Assembly: GCA_012295275.1 (NCBI GenBank)
Contig: CM022667.1
Span: 20,150,001-20,214,000 of the forward strand
Source: Chrysomallon squamiferum
Taxonomy: Eukaryota > Animalia > Mollusca
DNA: 64,000 nt
Direction of reading: 5' to 3'
A model generated the notes under the pieces. It made no database searches, was not told the DNA's origin, and was given only the letters and a program-made list of their open reading frames with translations. Below, one piece after another: positions 29,887 to 42,320 of the stretch; position 1 is the stretch's first letter; each line of letters begins with the position of its first letter. A program made the translations under genes and the position numbers.

Positions 29887-31929
29887 TTCAGCATTTTCAA
29901 TGATCCAACATTAATGATATGCAAAACAAATGTATTTCCAAAGTTAGTTTTAGTGTTTAGATAAATGGCTGAATAGGTTAAATGATCTTTTCATGAATTA
30001 TTTAAACACAGTTCCATGTAAAAACAATAGTTTTTTTTATAATAATAAATTTTTATTTTTGTAACTTACTTTAACTGAAAATTAAACAGACAGTTGAAGG
30101 AAACTGTTATTTTTAAAAACTCACAAAAGATATATTTATATTTTTCTATTGAATATAGATATCAAACAAAATAATTTTTCTTTGAATTTAGTCATGATAC
30201 ACTGTAAAAATAAAAATCTACATAAATTTTCTAATATTTTATATATATATTTTTAGAAATAACTAACCTGTCTGAGAACCTCCTTTAAAGTGACATCATC
30301 AGGTAACAACCTGCCTGAATAAATAAGTTTCTGCTGGTTGTATTTCTAAAAATAAAACAATAAAAAAAAAATGTTTTGCTGCAGAATTTTATATCTCATT
30401 GTAATGCACAAGTGTATGATTTGAATATAGTATAAACATGACATTGAACAGAATAAACATTACTAGTAGTAATAAAAAAACTACAAAAAACAACAACACT
30501 GAAAAATCTTTTTTTACACTTGTGGTTATGATCTTTCTTTCAGCAAATGAACATATATATTAGTTTTTCATCTTTTTCTTAACAGATTCATATATTGTTG
30601 TTTATTTTACTTACAACTGAGAAAATATAGTTATTTATATAAAAATACTTATTATTTCTGTATTCATTTTTTTTTTTTTTAGTTATACATCAGAATACAA
30701 TAAAAATATTTATTACTAATGAATCCAAAATCTATCAGATGTCACCACAGCTGCTGTTTAAGGAGGTAAAAAAATAGTAATATTTCAAAGTTCTACAACT
30801 CTTTTTTAACTGCTACACTTTATTATCAATTATAATTACAATTAAAAACAAACTGGAAGTGGACAAATTAAAGTGTATGTTCATATTAATTGTGACCTGA
30901 AAATGTCTGTGAGGTATATTACTATTCAGCCAAATTATTATTTCAAAAAAAGACAAATGAAATAAACATGTCATAAAAGAAATTTAAATAAAAACTAAAT
31001 AATTTTTAAAATATAAATTACGTATTGTAAAATATATTTGCATATTAGCTACCTATTTATCATACTATATTTTTATTTATACAGTTAGCAATGAGTGTTG
31101 TTGACAGTTCTATGCTGGCTGGATCAAACTGGTGGGTGTATGAATAGAAAAAAAAACTAAACAAAAATTAATATAAAAAAACAACAAAAATGAAGAAAAC
31201 CAAAATTAATCAAATAAACAACAAAACAGGAAAAATTTACTGACACCATATATTAACATCATGTTTGATTATAATACTGTTTACCATGGACGTTTCATAC
31301 AAATAATATATATCATCTCACCAATCATGAATAAAGTATAATAACATATCTCTGGACCATCTTTTTAAAAAGGTTACCAATATATTTTACAAAATTCAAA
31401 AGTAGAAAAGAAACATGAAATGTCCTGTTATTCTCTAGTGTTTACAAAGACAGTCATTGTCATTATGTAATTTGTCTACCTGTTATGTCTGTAATTTGAT
31501 CTCAACAGAAGGTATCATCACTAACAGTGAAGATTTAAATGATACTTTAAAGTTTAATATATATATATATAAATGTATATAGCCAAACCTTCTCAGTTGT
31601 GCAAATTGCTTCCTGGTAAATCAAACTAAAAAACTGAATATACTACTGTAACCATGTCCTGTTTTGTACGGTTGTTGTTTGTATGTGTGTTTTGAAAGGA
31701 ATCATAACCATTGTTTTTAAAAGAAATAAACCTCATGTAAATCTGATATATATATATCAAGACGAAAATATAATAAATTACTTACTGGTTTGCTGGGATA
31801 TACTGCTTCGAGGTGCTGTTTCAGTTTTCTGACAGTCCAATCCAAAAAACAATCAACTGTTTGATCCTCGATTCTTTGATTTGGTGCCTTTACTACGAGG
31901 GTCACAGGGTTGTCGGTTATACCCATCAT
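26381..31929 (-). CDS. HERPUD: HERP/HERPUD homocysteine-responsive ER-resident ubiquitin-like protein; exons 31929-31786, 30345-30268, 29054-28977, 28510-28389, 28274-28110, 27867-27568, 27232-27100, 26545-26381
   Basis: N-terminal UBL domain (VTLVVKAPNQ...WTVRKLKQHL..VYPSKP, QKLIYSGRLL, HTVHLVC), WMQQMYAQYMAQYMQY, RMNAQGG..EDDDDE...RDWLD..., IVYFYSSLSRF, and a C-terminal FVSTFFTSLIP. These are hallmark HERP motifs. HERPUD1 vs HERPUD2 cannot be resolved. Confidence 0.93.
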
Positions 31930-32217
31930 ATCTGCACTGCGAGGTTAATAAATAACGGAAATAAAGATGCTGTGGAATATTCGAGTTTTCTTTCTCCTGA
32001 TAAAATGATTTTGTTTTTGTTTTGAAGAGGTCACACCCTAGTTTTACAAATCAACCTGTCAGCACTTTAAAAGTTGTCACTTGACTATTCTTCTTTGTAA
32101 TACCTATCCGTTTGTTCTTATTTGTAATTATAAATTAATTTCTAACTTTCTAATTTTCTAATATTTTGAAATGCAATTAGTGAGAAAACACATACACATT
32201 CTGATGTATGTCCATAG

Positions 32218-32266
32218 TGACGTAGATGTCATGTGATCGCAGGAGAAGTTGGCATTTTGTGATTGG
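32218..32266 (-). promoter_or_regulatory. ER-stress response element (ERSE-like) plus CRE/UPRE-like site upstream of HERPUD
   Basis: On the - strand, 32266-32248 reads CCAAT-cacaaaatg-CCAAC (CCAAT-N9-CCAAC; consensus ERSE is CCAAT-N9-CCACG). TGACGTAG at 32218-32225 (+) is one mismatch from UPRE TGACGTGG. Both lie about 300 bp upstream of the ATG. Confidence 0.6.
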
Positions 32267-32353
32267 TCAAAATATTATTTCCGGTACGACAACTCTTGCT
32301 GATGTTATTAAAGATATAGTTACACAAACGGGGCCCATAATTTTACTGACATA

Positions 32354-32384
<31 letters not shown>

Positions 32385-33007
32385 TTTTCATTTTGCCACT
32401 AAACCTTAACGTTATTGATTTTGGAACACATATTTTAATAGCAATGACCGTAATCTTGCAGTTCAGCTAAAGTTTTACTGAGTATATTGCTACCATTAAT
32501 TTTGCTATCCACACTTGTCAAATCCATTTTACTCACGTAACAAATTACATGCATCTGTCTGTACAAACAATCACAATTAGTATTATAATCATTATGTGAA
32601 CAAAAGTTAAAAATATACAAATTATTTTATAACTTTTATTTTATTATGAAATAATTATGACTAGGGAGGGGAAATCTATGTACTTAAGTTACCAATGTTA
32701 ATTATTACCACATCCAGGATAATACCAAGTAATCTGATAAAGATTTAATCTTAATAATGATTGTTGGTTGGTGTATTTATTTATTTAAAAGCAAGTCTGC
32801 CTATTCATATTAAAAACTCGTAATTTTTTAGAATAAGATGAGAATTTTAATATTTTCAGATGGATTTTAAATTTTTCATTATAAAATTTCCTTGATTTAA
32901 AATGCACTGAACCTATCGTATTATGGTCGGTCATTAATTTCAACAATTGTGTGTATGTGTATGTGTAAAGAGCAAAAATTAAGACATATTTTTAGTCCAG
33001 TTTTCAT

Positions 33008-33055
<48 letters not shown>

Positions 33056-34620
33056 GGAAATAATATTCATACATTCGACAGCCGTTTAACACACTGTCGT
33101 CTTGTCCATTTATATTTAATTTTCTGAACTGCCCCAATATAGAACGCTGTCAAGACTCAGTCTGGCCATTGCAATGTCAGAGCATACAAGGATATTTACA
33201 GTCTATAAACACATTAATATTTACGAAAATGGTTTGTTTTTAACAGACACTGATTTCGATCTGTCGGACATTTTTTTTTTTTTTTTTTTTTTTTTTCTTG
33301 TCTTTATGTTCTGATGGTACTTCAGCTGAAGGGAAAGAGGAATAAAATGCATTAAAAGTACTTTACTATCAGTCGGAATATGGCGAACGGCTGTCCAACC
33401 TGTTGAACGAAAGTAACTCAAATGACGAAAGTTATACAAACTTTGATAAATGCTAAAACAAATTCTGAATTGATCTTAGTTACAGAGAAGGTAGATGTCA
33501 ATTTCTTTCAATGGATCACATTTTAACAGAAAATATTCCTGACTACACCTTATCAAAGGTAACCTTGTTGTTCATTATATTTTCATATACTGGCTACTGT
33601 GTTTGTAAATTATTTATTTCTGCTCTTTTGTAAATTATGAAGTAATAAATTGCTTCCAGAATAGCCAAATTAACCAAACTTTTATTTTTAGTGTCTCTTG
33701 GGTGTTTGCCATTGCTGAATATACAGATTGTCCATAAATGTCGTTTGCAATTTTATATAACTTTATAGTTACATCATAAACTAATTTGAAAAAAAAAAAA
33801 AAAAAAAAAAAAAAAGTTGAGATAAATATATTTTGTAAAAATATTTTAAAAATTAATTGTTGAGGCTGCTTATTTTCTACATGTCAATTATAATTACATA
33901 TACCAAATAGTGATGCTGTTCCATAATCATAGAAATCCATTTAGAAACTGATTTTCATCAATCGTATCAATTATTCTATGTCGCAAATCATGTAAAATTT
34001 GAGATGTAGCAGAACAAACAGTTCAATTCTGAAAAAAAAAAAAAATTCCAATGGAGTTAAATCTGGTGATCAGGGAGACTTCTTTTCCAATCAACTTGTT
34101 AGGGAATTTTTCATTTGGAAACTGGAGCAAAATGACAGAGCATCAGCTTCTTAAAACATTATATTTTTATATTAATTCTAACCAGAATAAAGTATTTTTG
34201 CAGTATTTCTAAATAAAATATTTATCGCTCTAAATTTGTAAGTATTTAAAACTGCACCATAAAAAATAATAATAATAATAATGGTGGGGGATAAAATCTA
34301 TTACTTTTCAGGTACCAGTTCTTGCCGTTCTTCTCGAAGTTGTGATGAACATTTATTTATTTATTTATTTATGTATTAAAAGTTAATAAAACTGCAGTCG
34401 TTTTAGTGCAGTTTGTTGTACCAGTAGTGTATTAAGTTCCAAAATGTATAAACCAACGGTTTAAGAAAAAAGATAGTTGTTTGTATTAGCGTTTGTTTCA
34501 TTTATTTTATGAGAATGTTACCTTATTAATTAATATCCATGGCACAGATTCAAAAGTGTCAGTAGATATAACAGAGTAAACAAACTGCAGTAAATGACTG
34601 AAGTTACCATTTTTCTTACA

Positions 34621-34690
34621 TGACGTTAGTATTCATACAACCGTCGGATGAATATCAGGCGGAAATGACGTAAACACGCTTATGACATAA
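34621..34690 (+). promoter_or_regulatory. Cluster of CRE-like sites upstream of the TSSK gene
   Basis: TGACGTTA (34621), TGACGTAA (34666) and TGACATAA (34683) all lie within 140 bp of the ATG. Confidence 0.4.
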
Positions 34691-34760
34691 TAGACAATCA
34701 TGTCGTGTCTCAACATAAATAAAATGGGTACAACTGCAATAAACAAATGGTGAGAGGAAT

Positions 34761-36532
34761 ATGCCAGCCGAAGATCAAGGTGGATCGAAAGATGATCTGG
34801 CACCTACTGATCAAGCGAATCCAAAATATCAGATTCTTGAGGATCAGGGCTTTGTTGTAGGCAAGACAATTGGCAATGGATCGTATGCCTGTGTGAAAGC
34901 AGCTTATGATACCAACAAAAAGGTTAAAGTAGCAATTAAAATCATTTCGAAAAAAAAAGCTCCGGAAGAATTTATAGTTAAATTTTTGCCACGTGAAATA
35001 GAAATAGTTCGGACTTTGAGTCACCCGAATCTTATAGAATTTTACCAAGCCATTGAAACAACTACCAGATTTTTTTTCGTCATGGAATTATCTGAGAAAG
35101 GAGACTTACTGGAATATTTAAGAAAGAAAAAGTCCGTCGAGGAGTCTCTGTTAGGTACATGGTTCAAAAATATTTATGACGCATTAGCATATATGCACAA
35201 CAAAGGTGTAGCTCACCGGGATTTGAAATGCGAAAATGTTCTTATTAGTGCGATAAACACGCTAAAAGTCGCAGACTTTGGATTCGCTAGAACTGTGAGA
35301 AAACAGAAAGGAGGAGAGGTTGTACTAAGTGAGACATACTGTGGCAGTTTTGCCTATGCAGCGCCAGAGATTTTGAAAGGAATACCATATAATGCGTTTT
35401 TGACAGAGGTATGGAGCTTGGGCGTTGTTCTGTTCACGATGGTGAGGAGGTTTATATTAATGTTTGATCATCTGTCATGTTCTATGCATGCATTCAATAT
35501 GATCAATCTCTTTTATTTTTAGAAATTATCAATGCTTATTTCAATGGATTTCCAATCACAGATCTTTTGCATTCTGTATATTAATCAGGAGCAATTTCTC
35601 GGCTGATGATTTAAATTTTTATTATTATTATATCTTTTTTAAATTTTAACTGTGCCAAACCTCCATTAAAAAAATAATAATAGAAAAGTTTTAGTTAAAA
35701 TTTCACCATCGGAAAAGAGGATCTGTAATAGTTCAGACATTTTGTCTACTTCAGAAAGTTTGTCTCCTTATTTTTAATATGAGACAAACATGCTATGGAG
35801 GGCACTGTGGTATACAGCAAACACTTTAAACATTTGTGATATGAATTCCTTAAATATAACATAAAGTGTACTGATTATCTGAAGAGACAGCATTGTCAAA
35901 AAACATCTATAGATATATATATTATCAATTCTAATCAAGTTAATTTCAAAAAGTACTCTGAATGTATTGTGATTCATAAATATTTTGCCTTGTAAGAAAA
36001 TGAAGAATCTAATGAAATATTTTTATGATCTGTAGCATTCAACACTTGCAGATTAAAGTTTGAAAATAAATAAAAAAAAAAAAAAAAATTTCTATATTAT
36101 TCGGATTATTATATATTATAATTATATATAAAAGTTAATTTGAATTTCAATTCCGTCTCTAAAAAGTTGTTCAAATTTAATTGCGGCATTACTTACATTT
36201 TTATTTATTTATTTATTTTTATTATTTTTTTTTTTTTAGTTTGTTCTTATTTTTATTCTTCCGTAACAAAGCAGTTTATTTATTTATGTTGTATTTAAAT
36301 TATTTTTTTTTTTAAGGTTTTTGGTAAACTTCCGTTCGATGATTCGAATCATACCAAGCTATTGAAACAAGTTCAGACTAAAGTTGTTTTTCCACAGAAG
36401 CCGAACGTAACCGAATCGATTAAAACAATAATATTACGAATGCTGTCGAGGCCATCGGAACGGATCACACTAGAAGAAATACCTACGGAAGGATGGTTTA
36501 CAGCAAACTGTGTGGACACAGTTGCGTCCTAA
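34761..36532 (+). CDS. Testis-specific serine/threonine kinase (TSSK4-like); exons 34761-35441 and 36317-36532
   Basis: IGNGSYACVK, VAIK, KFLPRE, HRDLKCEN, DFGFAR and LSETYCGSFAYAAPE in exon 1. A phase-0 GT-AG intron joins FTM to VFGKLPFDDSNHTKLLKQ...W, with a stop at 36530-36532. The segment CGSFAY...G.PYN.FL resembles TSSK4. Confidence 0.88.
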
Positions 36533-37052
36533 ATCTGACCACCATAAACAGCACAGCTTGTTAATTTTTATAAATACTGTTTAAAAGAAGATCAAATGTG
36601 AAATAGTCTTTATTACTATATACAGCTTTATGCGAAATATGATTAAATGTTTTTTTTATTTCATATTCTTAAAATAAATAATTCTCAGTTTCTGAAAAAA
36701 ACGAATATAATAAATATGAAAATAAATTTTAAATGTATATATTTTAATAATAAACGTATTTGATCCTCAGGTTTTTTTTTCAAATTTTAATATCAACCAA
36801 TTTTATTATATTATCATTGTTATTATTTTTATTATTATTATTTGTTTTGTTTTTATTTTCCATTTTTTTTTTTCGATTTTGAAAATTTATGACTGTCAGA
36901 TGATTGTGTTGAAAATACAACATACAAAAATTTCAACTTTGTTACAGAGTGCACTAGTTGAAAGAAAAATACTAAAGAAACAACTCGAGCAGTAGAGGTT
37001 ACATATCAGTTTTTGAAAAAAAAGAATACAAATCTCTGTTGTATCGTTTTGA

Positions 37053-37317
37053 CAGTGGCGTGCAGAGGTGTGGTGATGCCCGGTGCCAGCTCCTTGATTG
37101 TGTGCCCCAAAGACTCAAGTATAAGCTCTAGTACTGCGAAATTTTATGAGAAATTTTGAATATGTAAACACAGATGAAACATAAAATAAACACCTTATTC
37201 GATTTAAATATAAAATCAACCAAATTTTTAAAGTTCTTTTCTCAGATTGGGTGACTCCCCCCATTTGGATGCCCGGGGCCACCGCCCCTTCGGCCCCCTC
37301 CCCTCTGTACGCCACCG
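37053..37317. mobile_element. Non-autonomous DNA transposon (MITE, hAT-like termini), 265 bp
   Basis: Left end CAGTGGCGTGCAGAGG vs reverse complement of the right end CGGTGGCGTACAGAGG (14/16). GC-rich subterminal GATGCCCGG motifs occur at both ends, and GTTTTG occurs on both flanks (possible degenerate TSD). Confidence 0.78.
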
Positions 37318-40089
37318 GTTTTGTTTATTTAAATAAACTAAAACTGAAAAATCTCAGCTAATAAGGCCAATGGCACAAACAATTTGAAATTCAGGGTTTA
37401 ATTAACTCCACCACATTCATATTTTGAATACATTTTACATACTCGTAAAGAATAATTATATTTATTGTGCTGCTATACGCTCCTACGCGTTGTAAACTGA
37501 ACGTCAGAAAGTGCAACGAGTTCCGTTCAAAATGATGTTGTTCTTATCTAATTAAATAGAACGTTAGAAAACAATTTTATAAACTGAAAATTCTATCTCT
37601 TTTCGTGAACAAAATCCCCGATCAAGTATAATTTCTCAAAAGATCAATTTCTGCACTTTCTGGCGGCGGTCAGAAACGAACTTCTTAAGAGGTCTGCGTT
37701 CTAAGTAAGTGAAAGAGAATGGGTTGAGGAGGAAACGACGAGTGCATTAAGAGACTTACCTTGAAACTAACGGAACGAAGGGATATATGAATAGCAATGG
37801 GCAGAAAAATAAATAAATAAATAAAATTGCTTTAATTTAATAGATGTTAAATAATATTCATATATTTGGTTCGAGGACGTTGATGCTAGCGATTTCAAGG
37901 GAAATAATTTGTGATCGCGGTGTTGCGTGTCTTAATCAGTTTGAGTTTGACCTTAACATTAGTAATGTATATTCTTCTTATTAAAAAGATAATGAATGAA
38001 GTTGAAGGAAATTAATAGAAAAAAGATTTCTGGTGAAGACCTGCTAAATTGGCATCTGTTCAAGGTTATCAGATGTTAACATCAAATGGCTGCGTGCAGA
38101 AACTGAACATGAAATATACTTAGCTCTAAAAGCATATTGCTCTGTCAGAATAGGTTGGTGACTTGAACTGAATCTGTCCCTGCAGGTGAGCTTAACTCAG
38201 TCATTTGACCCCACCCCCAGTATTTTAAGTATGAACAGTTTGAATGAAAGCTTTTTATTGTATTTTAAAATTTTGAGAGGAAACAGCAAAATTCCGTCAG
38301 ATTTTTTGTTTAGGAGGCAATTTTGGTGAAATGTGGAAAAAATTAAATAGTATATATATATATGTTAAAAGCTTGAAATGTGTGCATTTTCATGCTTCTC
38401 TGCATACATTTGGGAAGGATATGAAGAGGAAAAAACTAGATTTTCTGTAAATGGTGTTTTTTAAAGTTTGTTTGTTTGTTAGTTGTTTTTTTTTTTGTTT
38501 TTTTTGTTATTTTTTAAACTGTAAAAATGGAAAACGTTATCAGCCCTAACTTTTATTGGAATAAAGATAGAAACATACTGCTTTTTTCTCTCTCCTTTTT
38601 TCGAGGGTGTGTTTGTATTTTTCTTTTTGTAAAAAGATCTGTAACATACGAAACAAATACAGTTATTATTTCAAGATTAAATATGAGGTGTCAGTACCTA
38701 AAATATATTTTAAAACAGGATATAAGTGAAATAATAAATGTTACATAGAGCTAATGAAAATGAAAAAAAAAACAAAAAAAAAACCAACAACTATTGGGAA
38801 ATAATAATAGTTTATTGCAATATATTATGAAATAAAAGATTATCCTGGTCGAGGCGAACAATGACATGCAATACATGTATTAACCTTTGGCAGGTATCAT
38901 CGTTAAAGTATCCTTTTTGGAATTAAAAGTAATAATAAATATCAAAAATATATATATAAATAAATAAAAATAAAAAATGCTTTGAAATACTACATGATTC
39001 ATCAGTTACAGAAATATTTCTGTGTATTTATTTTAGTTTATTACAAAACGGATAATTACAGTAAAATAATTAAATTAAATTAAAAAACAAATAATAAATT
39101 GATTTTAAAAAGTGTTCATATGACCACAGATGCTCAGTTTAATTCTAATGTGACGTAGTTACTGTTGCTATAGTTTATAAAATATGTAAGTAATTGTGTC
39201 CATTGGTCTTTTTAACACTAACATAATGAGATTCGTTTTATCTTGCCAAAGTCGACATCAAAAATGATACAGATGAAACATAGTTTTAAAAAATAACAAA
39301 TTAAAATTAAACAAGACGAAAGGATTTCCATTCTGACCAATTAGGACTCCAAGGAAAATGAAATAACATTTTTAAGAGTTACGACATCAGCCTATATACT
39401 ATTTAATCCTATAGTTTAATTCGTTTCATATTACTATTTAATCCAACAGCGTAATTCATCTCGTGTTACTATTTTTCCCTTCAGTAAAATAGTAATTACT
39501 CAGACCAGCATCAGGTTACAATAATATATCAGTTATTTTCAGGCACTGTGGTGTTATTAATATCTGCTTAGAAAAGATCATGTTTCATCTAAAACGTCAC
39601 TGAAAGTTGCTAGCATGGGCGGAAGCAGAATATTATGCAGTGATAATTACCAGGTAGCGAAAATATTTTTAAAATATAACTTCCTTTCAGCCTAAAATCG
39701 AAACATATTAAATCTTTACAATGCAAAACAACTCACTCGCATGGAGACGAACTAGCTCTAATAACTACATTTCGTTGTACACTGGATAGCGTAGCACTAC
39801 ACCGGTACATTCATTTAATCATCTCTTTATCTGTACTTTGTAGGGAAAACAATTAATTGTACATAATACTGCTTTGTATAGATTCGTAATACAATTATTT
39901 AAAAATAATAATTTTAAAAAAAGAAAGGAAAAAAGCACAATACAATAATTTTGTGGTTAAAACACTTTGATTCTGGTTGGTTTTGTTTTGTTGTTTGTGT
40001 TTTTATGTTTTAGTATTTCTATGCTGATAGTTCGACAAAGCACAAAGATTAAATTATTTCAATGATGTCTTCTAAACGCTTTTCTCTTG

Positions 40090-40930
40090 TCATTGTGTTT
40101 TCTTTCTTCTTTCTTCCTAAAATAAAATAATAATAATAATTATAAAGAATGACATGTACTTTCTCTTTACATCTGAATGAGTTACAACATTTAATAAATA
40201 TTATAACGTACGTATTCAACAGTGGCATGTAGAATTTGGAAAACTATGTCATATATAAATAGTCTTGAAGTTTCAAGAAACATAAATGATAGATGAAATA
40301 TTCGCCATGTAAGCAATCAGATTATGACTAAGAAGAATGGCGCGGCCACGTATTTTGTAACTGTACTATACTTCTTTATTAATTAAAACAGAGGTCATTG
40401 AATAAATAAATAAATAAATGTAGTAATAATTATACATTAGATTTATGCAAAATGCAATTACATTATTACGGTACATTTTAAATATCCATTTATATGCAAA
40501 GACTTATTAAAATTAATCAGTAATGTATATAAAAGATCAAAATCCGGAGTCATGGAAGTGCATATTGCGGGCGTATCTTGATATTTTTTTTTTCGGCGCA
40601 AAAGTTTATGAAAAATAATAATGAATATTAATTAAAAAAAAAAAAAAAACATTATGAATTTTAAATTCAGTTCGGATTCAAAATGTTAATTTTAAATTTT
40701 ATTTTAAGCCTTAAAAATGTAAGAAAATAAAAGAAAAAGATAAAATCCCAAAAGGATAAATGCATGTTGTTTATTGCCTACCTCTACAAGTTCTCCTATG
40801 AGGTATTCTTCCATTAACTCGTTTGCTATTTGCGAATGTCCTTTACCGTCAAACTCCACGGTAGCGTCTTTACCGCCCACTTCCATAATAACATCTTCAC
40901 CACCAGGGTGCTGAAACATATGCATTTTCC

Positions 40931-40962
<32 letters not shown>

Positions 40963-41204
40963 GATGATGATTATATGGCAAAGACAGTCAGTTACATCAA
41001 ATATCTAATTATTTTTTAAACTCATAAGAAATTCAGATCATTAGATAACTATGGATATTATGAAAATCATAATGGTCTTACCCCTGCTAAAAATTTCGTG
41101 ACGTCATAGACTCGATTCCAGATGACGATCCAGCAGGAGGCTGCACTGCTGTGTTCTGAAACTTCTTTTAGAGTGTAAAGTTTCTTTTCTTTACTGTCTC
41201 CCAT
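40090..41204 (-). CDS. Cytochrome b5 heme-binding protein, 92 aa, no membrane anchor; exons 41204-41082, 40910-40782, 40116-40090
   Basis: MGDSKEKKLYTLKEVSEHSSAASCWIVIWNRVYDVTKFLAG-HPGGEDVIMEVGGKDATVEFDGKGHSQIANELMEEYLIGELVE-EERRKKTQ*. Both axial His motifs are present (HPGG, GHS). An acceptor just upstream of the ATG implies a non-coding upstream exon. The last exon is less certain than the first two. Confidence 0.88.
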
Positions 41205-41639
41205 GTTTGCTGAAAAAACAGAAACAACATTTGTCACTTATTTCAAAACATGCAACAGCACACGCACGCACACACGCACGCACACAAACACACACAGAGA
41301 GAAAAACATGAAAATACTAAGTTTTATTTATACTTTTTTAATATCACTTTTTATGTGTTCATAGATACGAGGTTGCATCCAATTATCGACACTTTCAGTG
41401 TTAACTGGGTGTATGTAAAATACTTGTTTGTGTCGCTTTTGTAATGTCGGGAAGTAGAAAACTTAAATAAATGGTAGAAAAATGTAGAAAATCCTATTTT
41501 GTATAGGATCGGTTTGCCATAGTATGAATCTCCGGGAAAGTAGAAGGAAGTAATTGTTTTACAAGGTTAATGTTGTAGTGTGAGTTGTGTTTTCTTTGTC
41601 ATCTCCGAAGATTTTCGGTGATGAAATCAGGAAGAACCA

Positions 41640-42320
41640 TGAAGCTATGCCTAACGCTTAGTTAGCCGAGATCCTCGTTTTAGGGTTCATCAAGATGGTT
41701 CTACATCACCACAAAACCCTAACTCGACTACCACAGACAAGATACAGGAAATCAACCTGGAAGGCGAGTGGACCCGTACAGAGGGGGGGGTTCCTTATTT
41801 GCGCCGAGTTGAAGGACAAGAACCAATATTGTTGTTCGCGACTGACAAGAAACTGGAGTTGTGTGAGGATGATGTGGATTTTCACACAGGACCTCTTCCT
41901 CAGCACCCAAGTTTTTTGTTCAGTTATACACTATCCATGCCGGATCTCAAGGACGTATGTTACCCCTTTTGTATCCGCTTTACCCCAACCTCACAGAGGA
42001 CATACACGTACATACTTTCCAATACACCCAAGAAACTTGCTGTAACCTAGGTTTCCACTTCGCTCCAAGGACGTTTCAGTGGACTTTGAGAGATCTGCTC
42101 ACAACGCCGTAAACACTGCAGTCCCCACGACAAGACTGAGAGGCTGTTTTTTTTTCAATTACACTCAGTGTATTTGGCGTCGTACATAAAAAGTAGGACA
42201 AGCATCAGATTATACTGAAAACGATGACGTACAAAAGGTGGCATTCAATCCTCCATGGAGTATGCTGAACCAACTTGAGAACTTTTACATTTCAACTGAA
42301 AGCTGCGAGAATCAATGGAA
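41640..42320 (+). mobile_element. Decayed Mutator-like (MULE) DDE transposase fragment in the presumed 5' intron of the cytochrome b5 gene
   Basis: Frameshifted pieces read EGQEPILLFATDKKLEL / KFFVQLYTIHAGSQGRMLPLLY / SQRTYTYIL / VDFERSAHNAVNTAVPTTRLRGCFFFNYTQCIWRRT*KVG. These match the animal MULE pattern (I.LF.T...L..L; QLYTIH; P..Y.LL; DFE.A..NA; GC.FH..Q.IWR). Stops and frameshifts show it is non-functional. Confidence 0.8.

Noticed and set aside
39500-39830. Possible alternative TM-encoding last exon for cytochrome b5, or a small minus-strand gene
   Set aside because: All frames after the candidate acceptors hit stops quickly, the implied intron is only about 46 nt, and there is no hydrophobic anchor.
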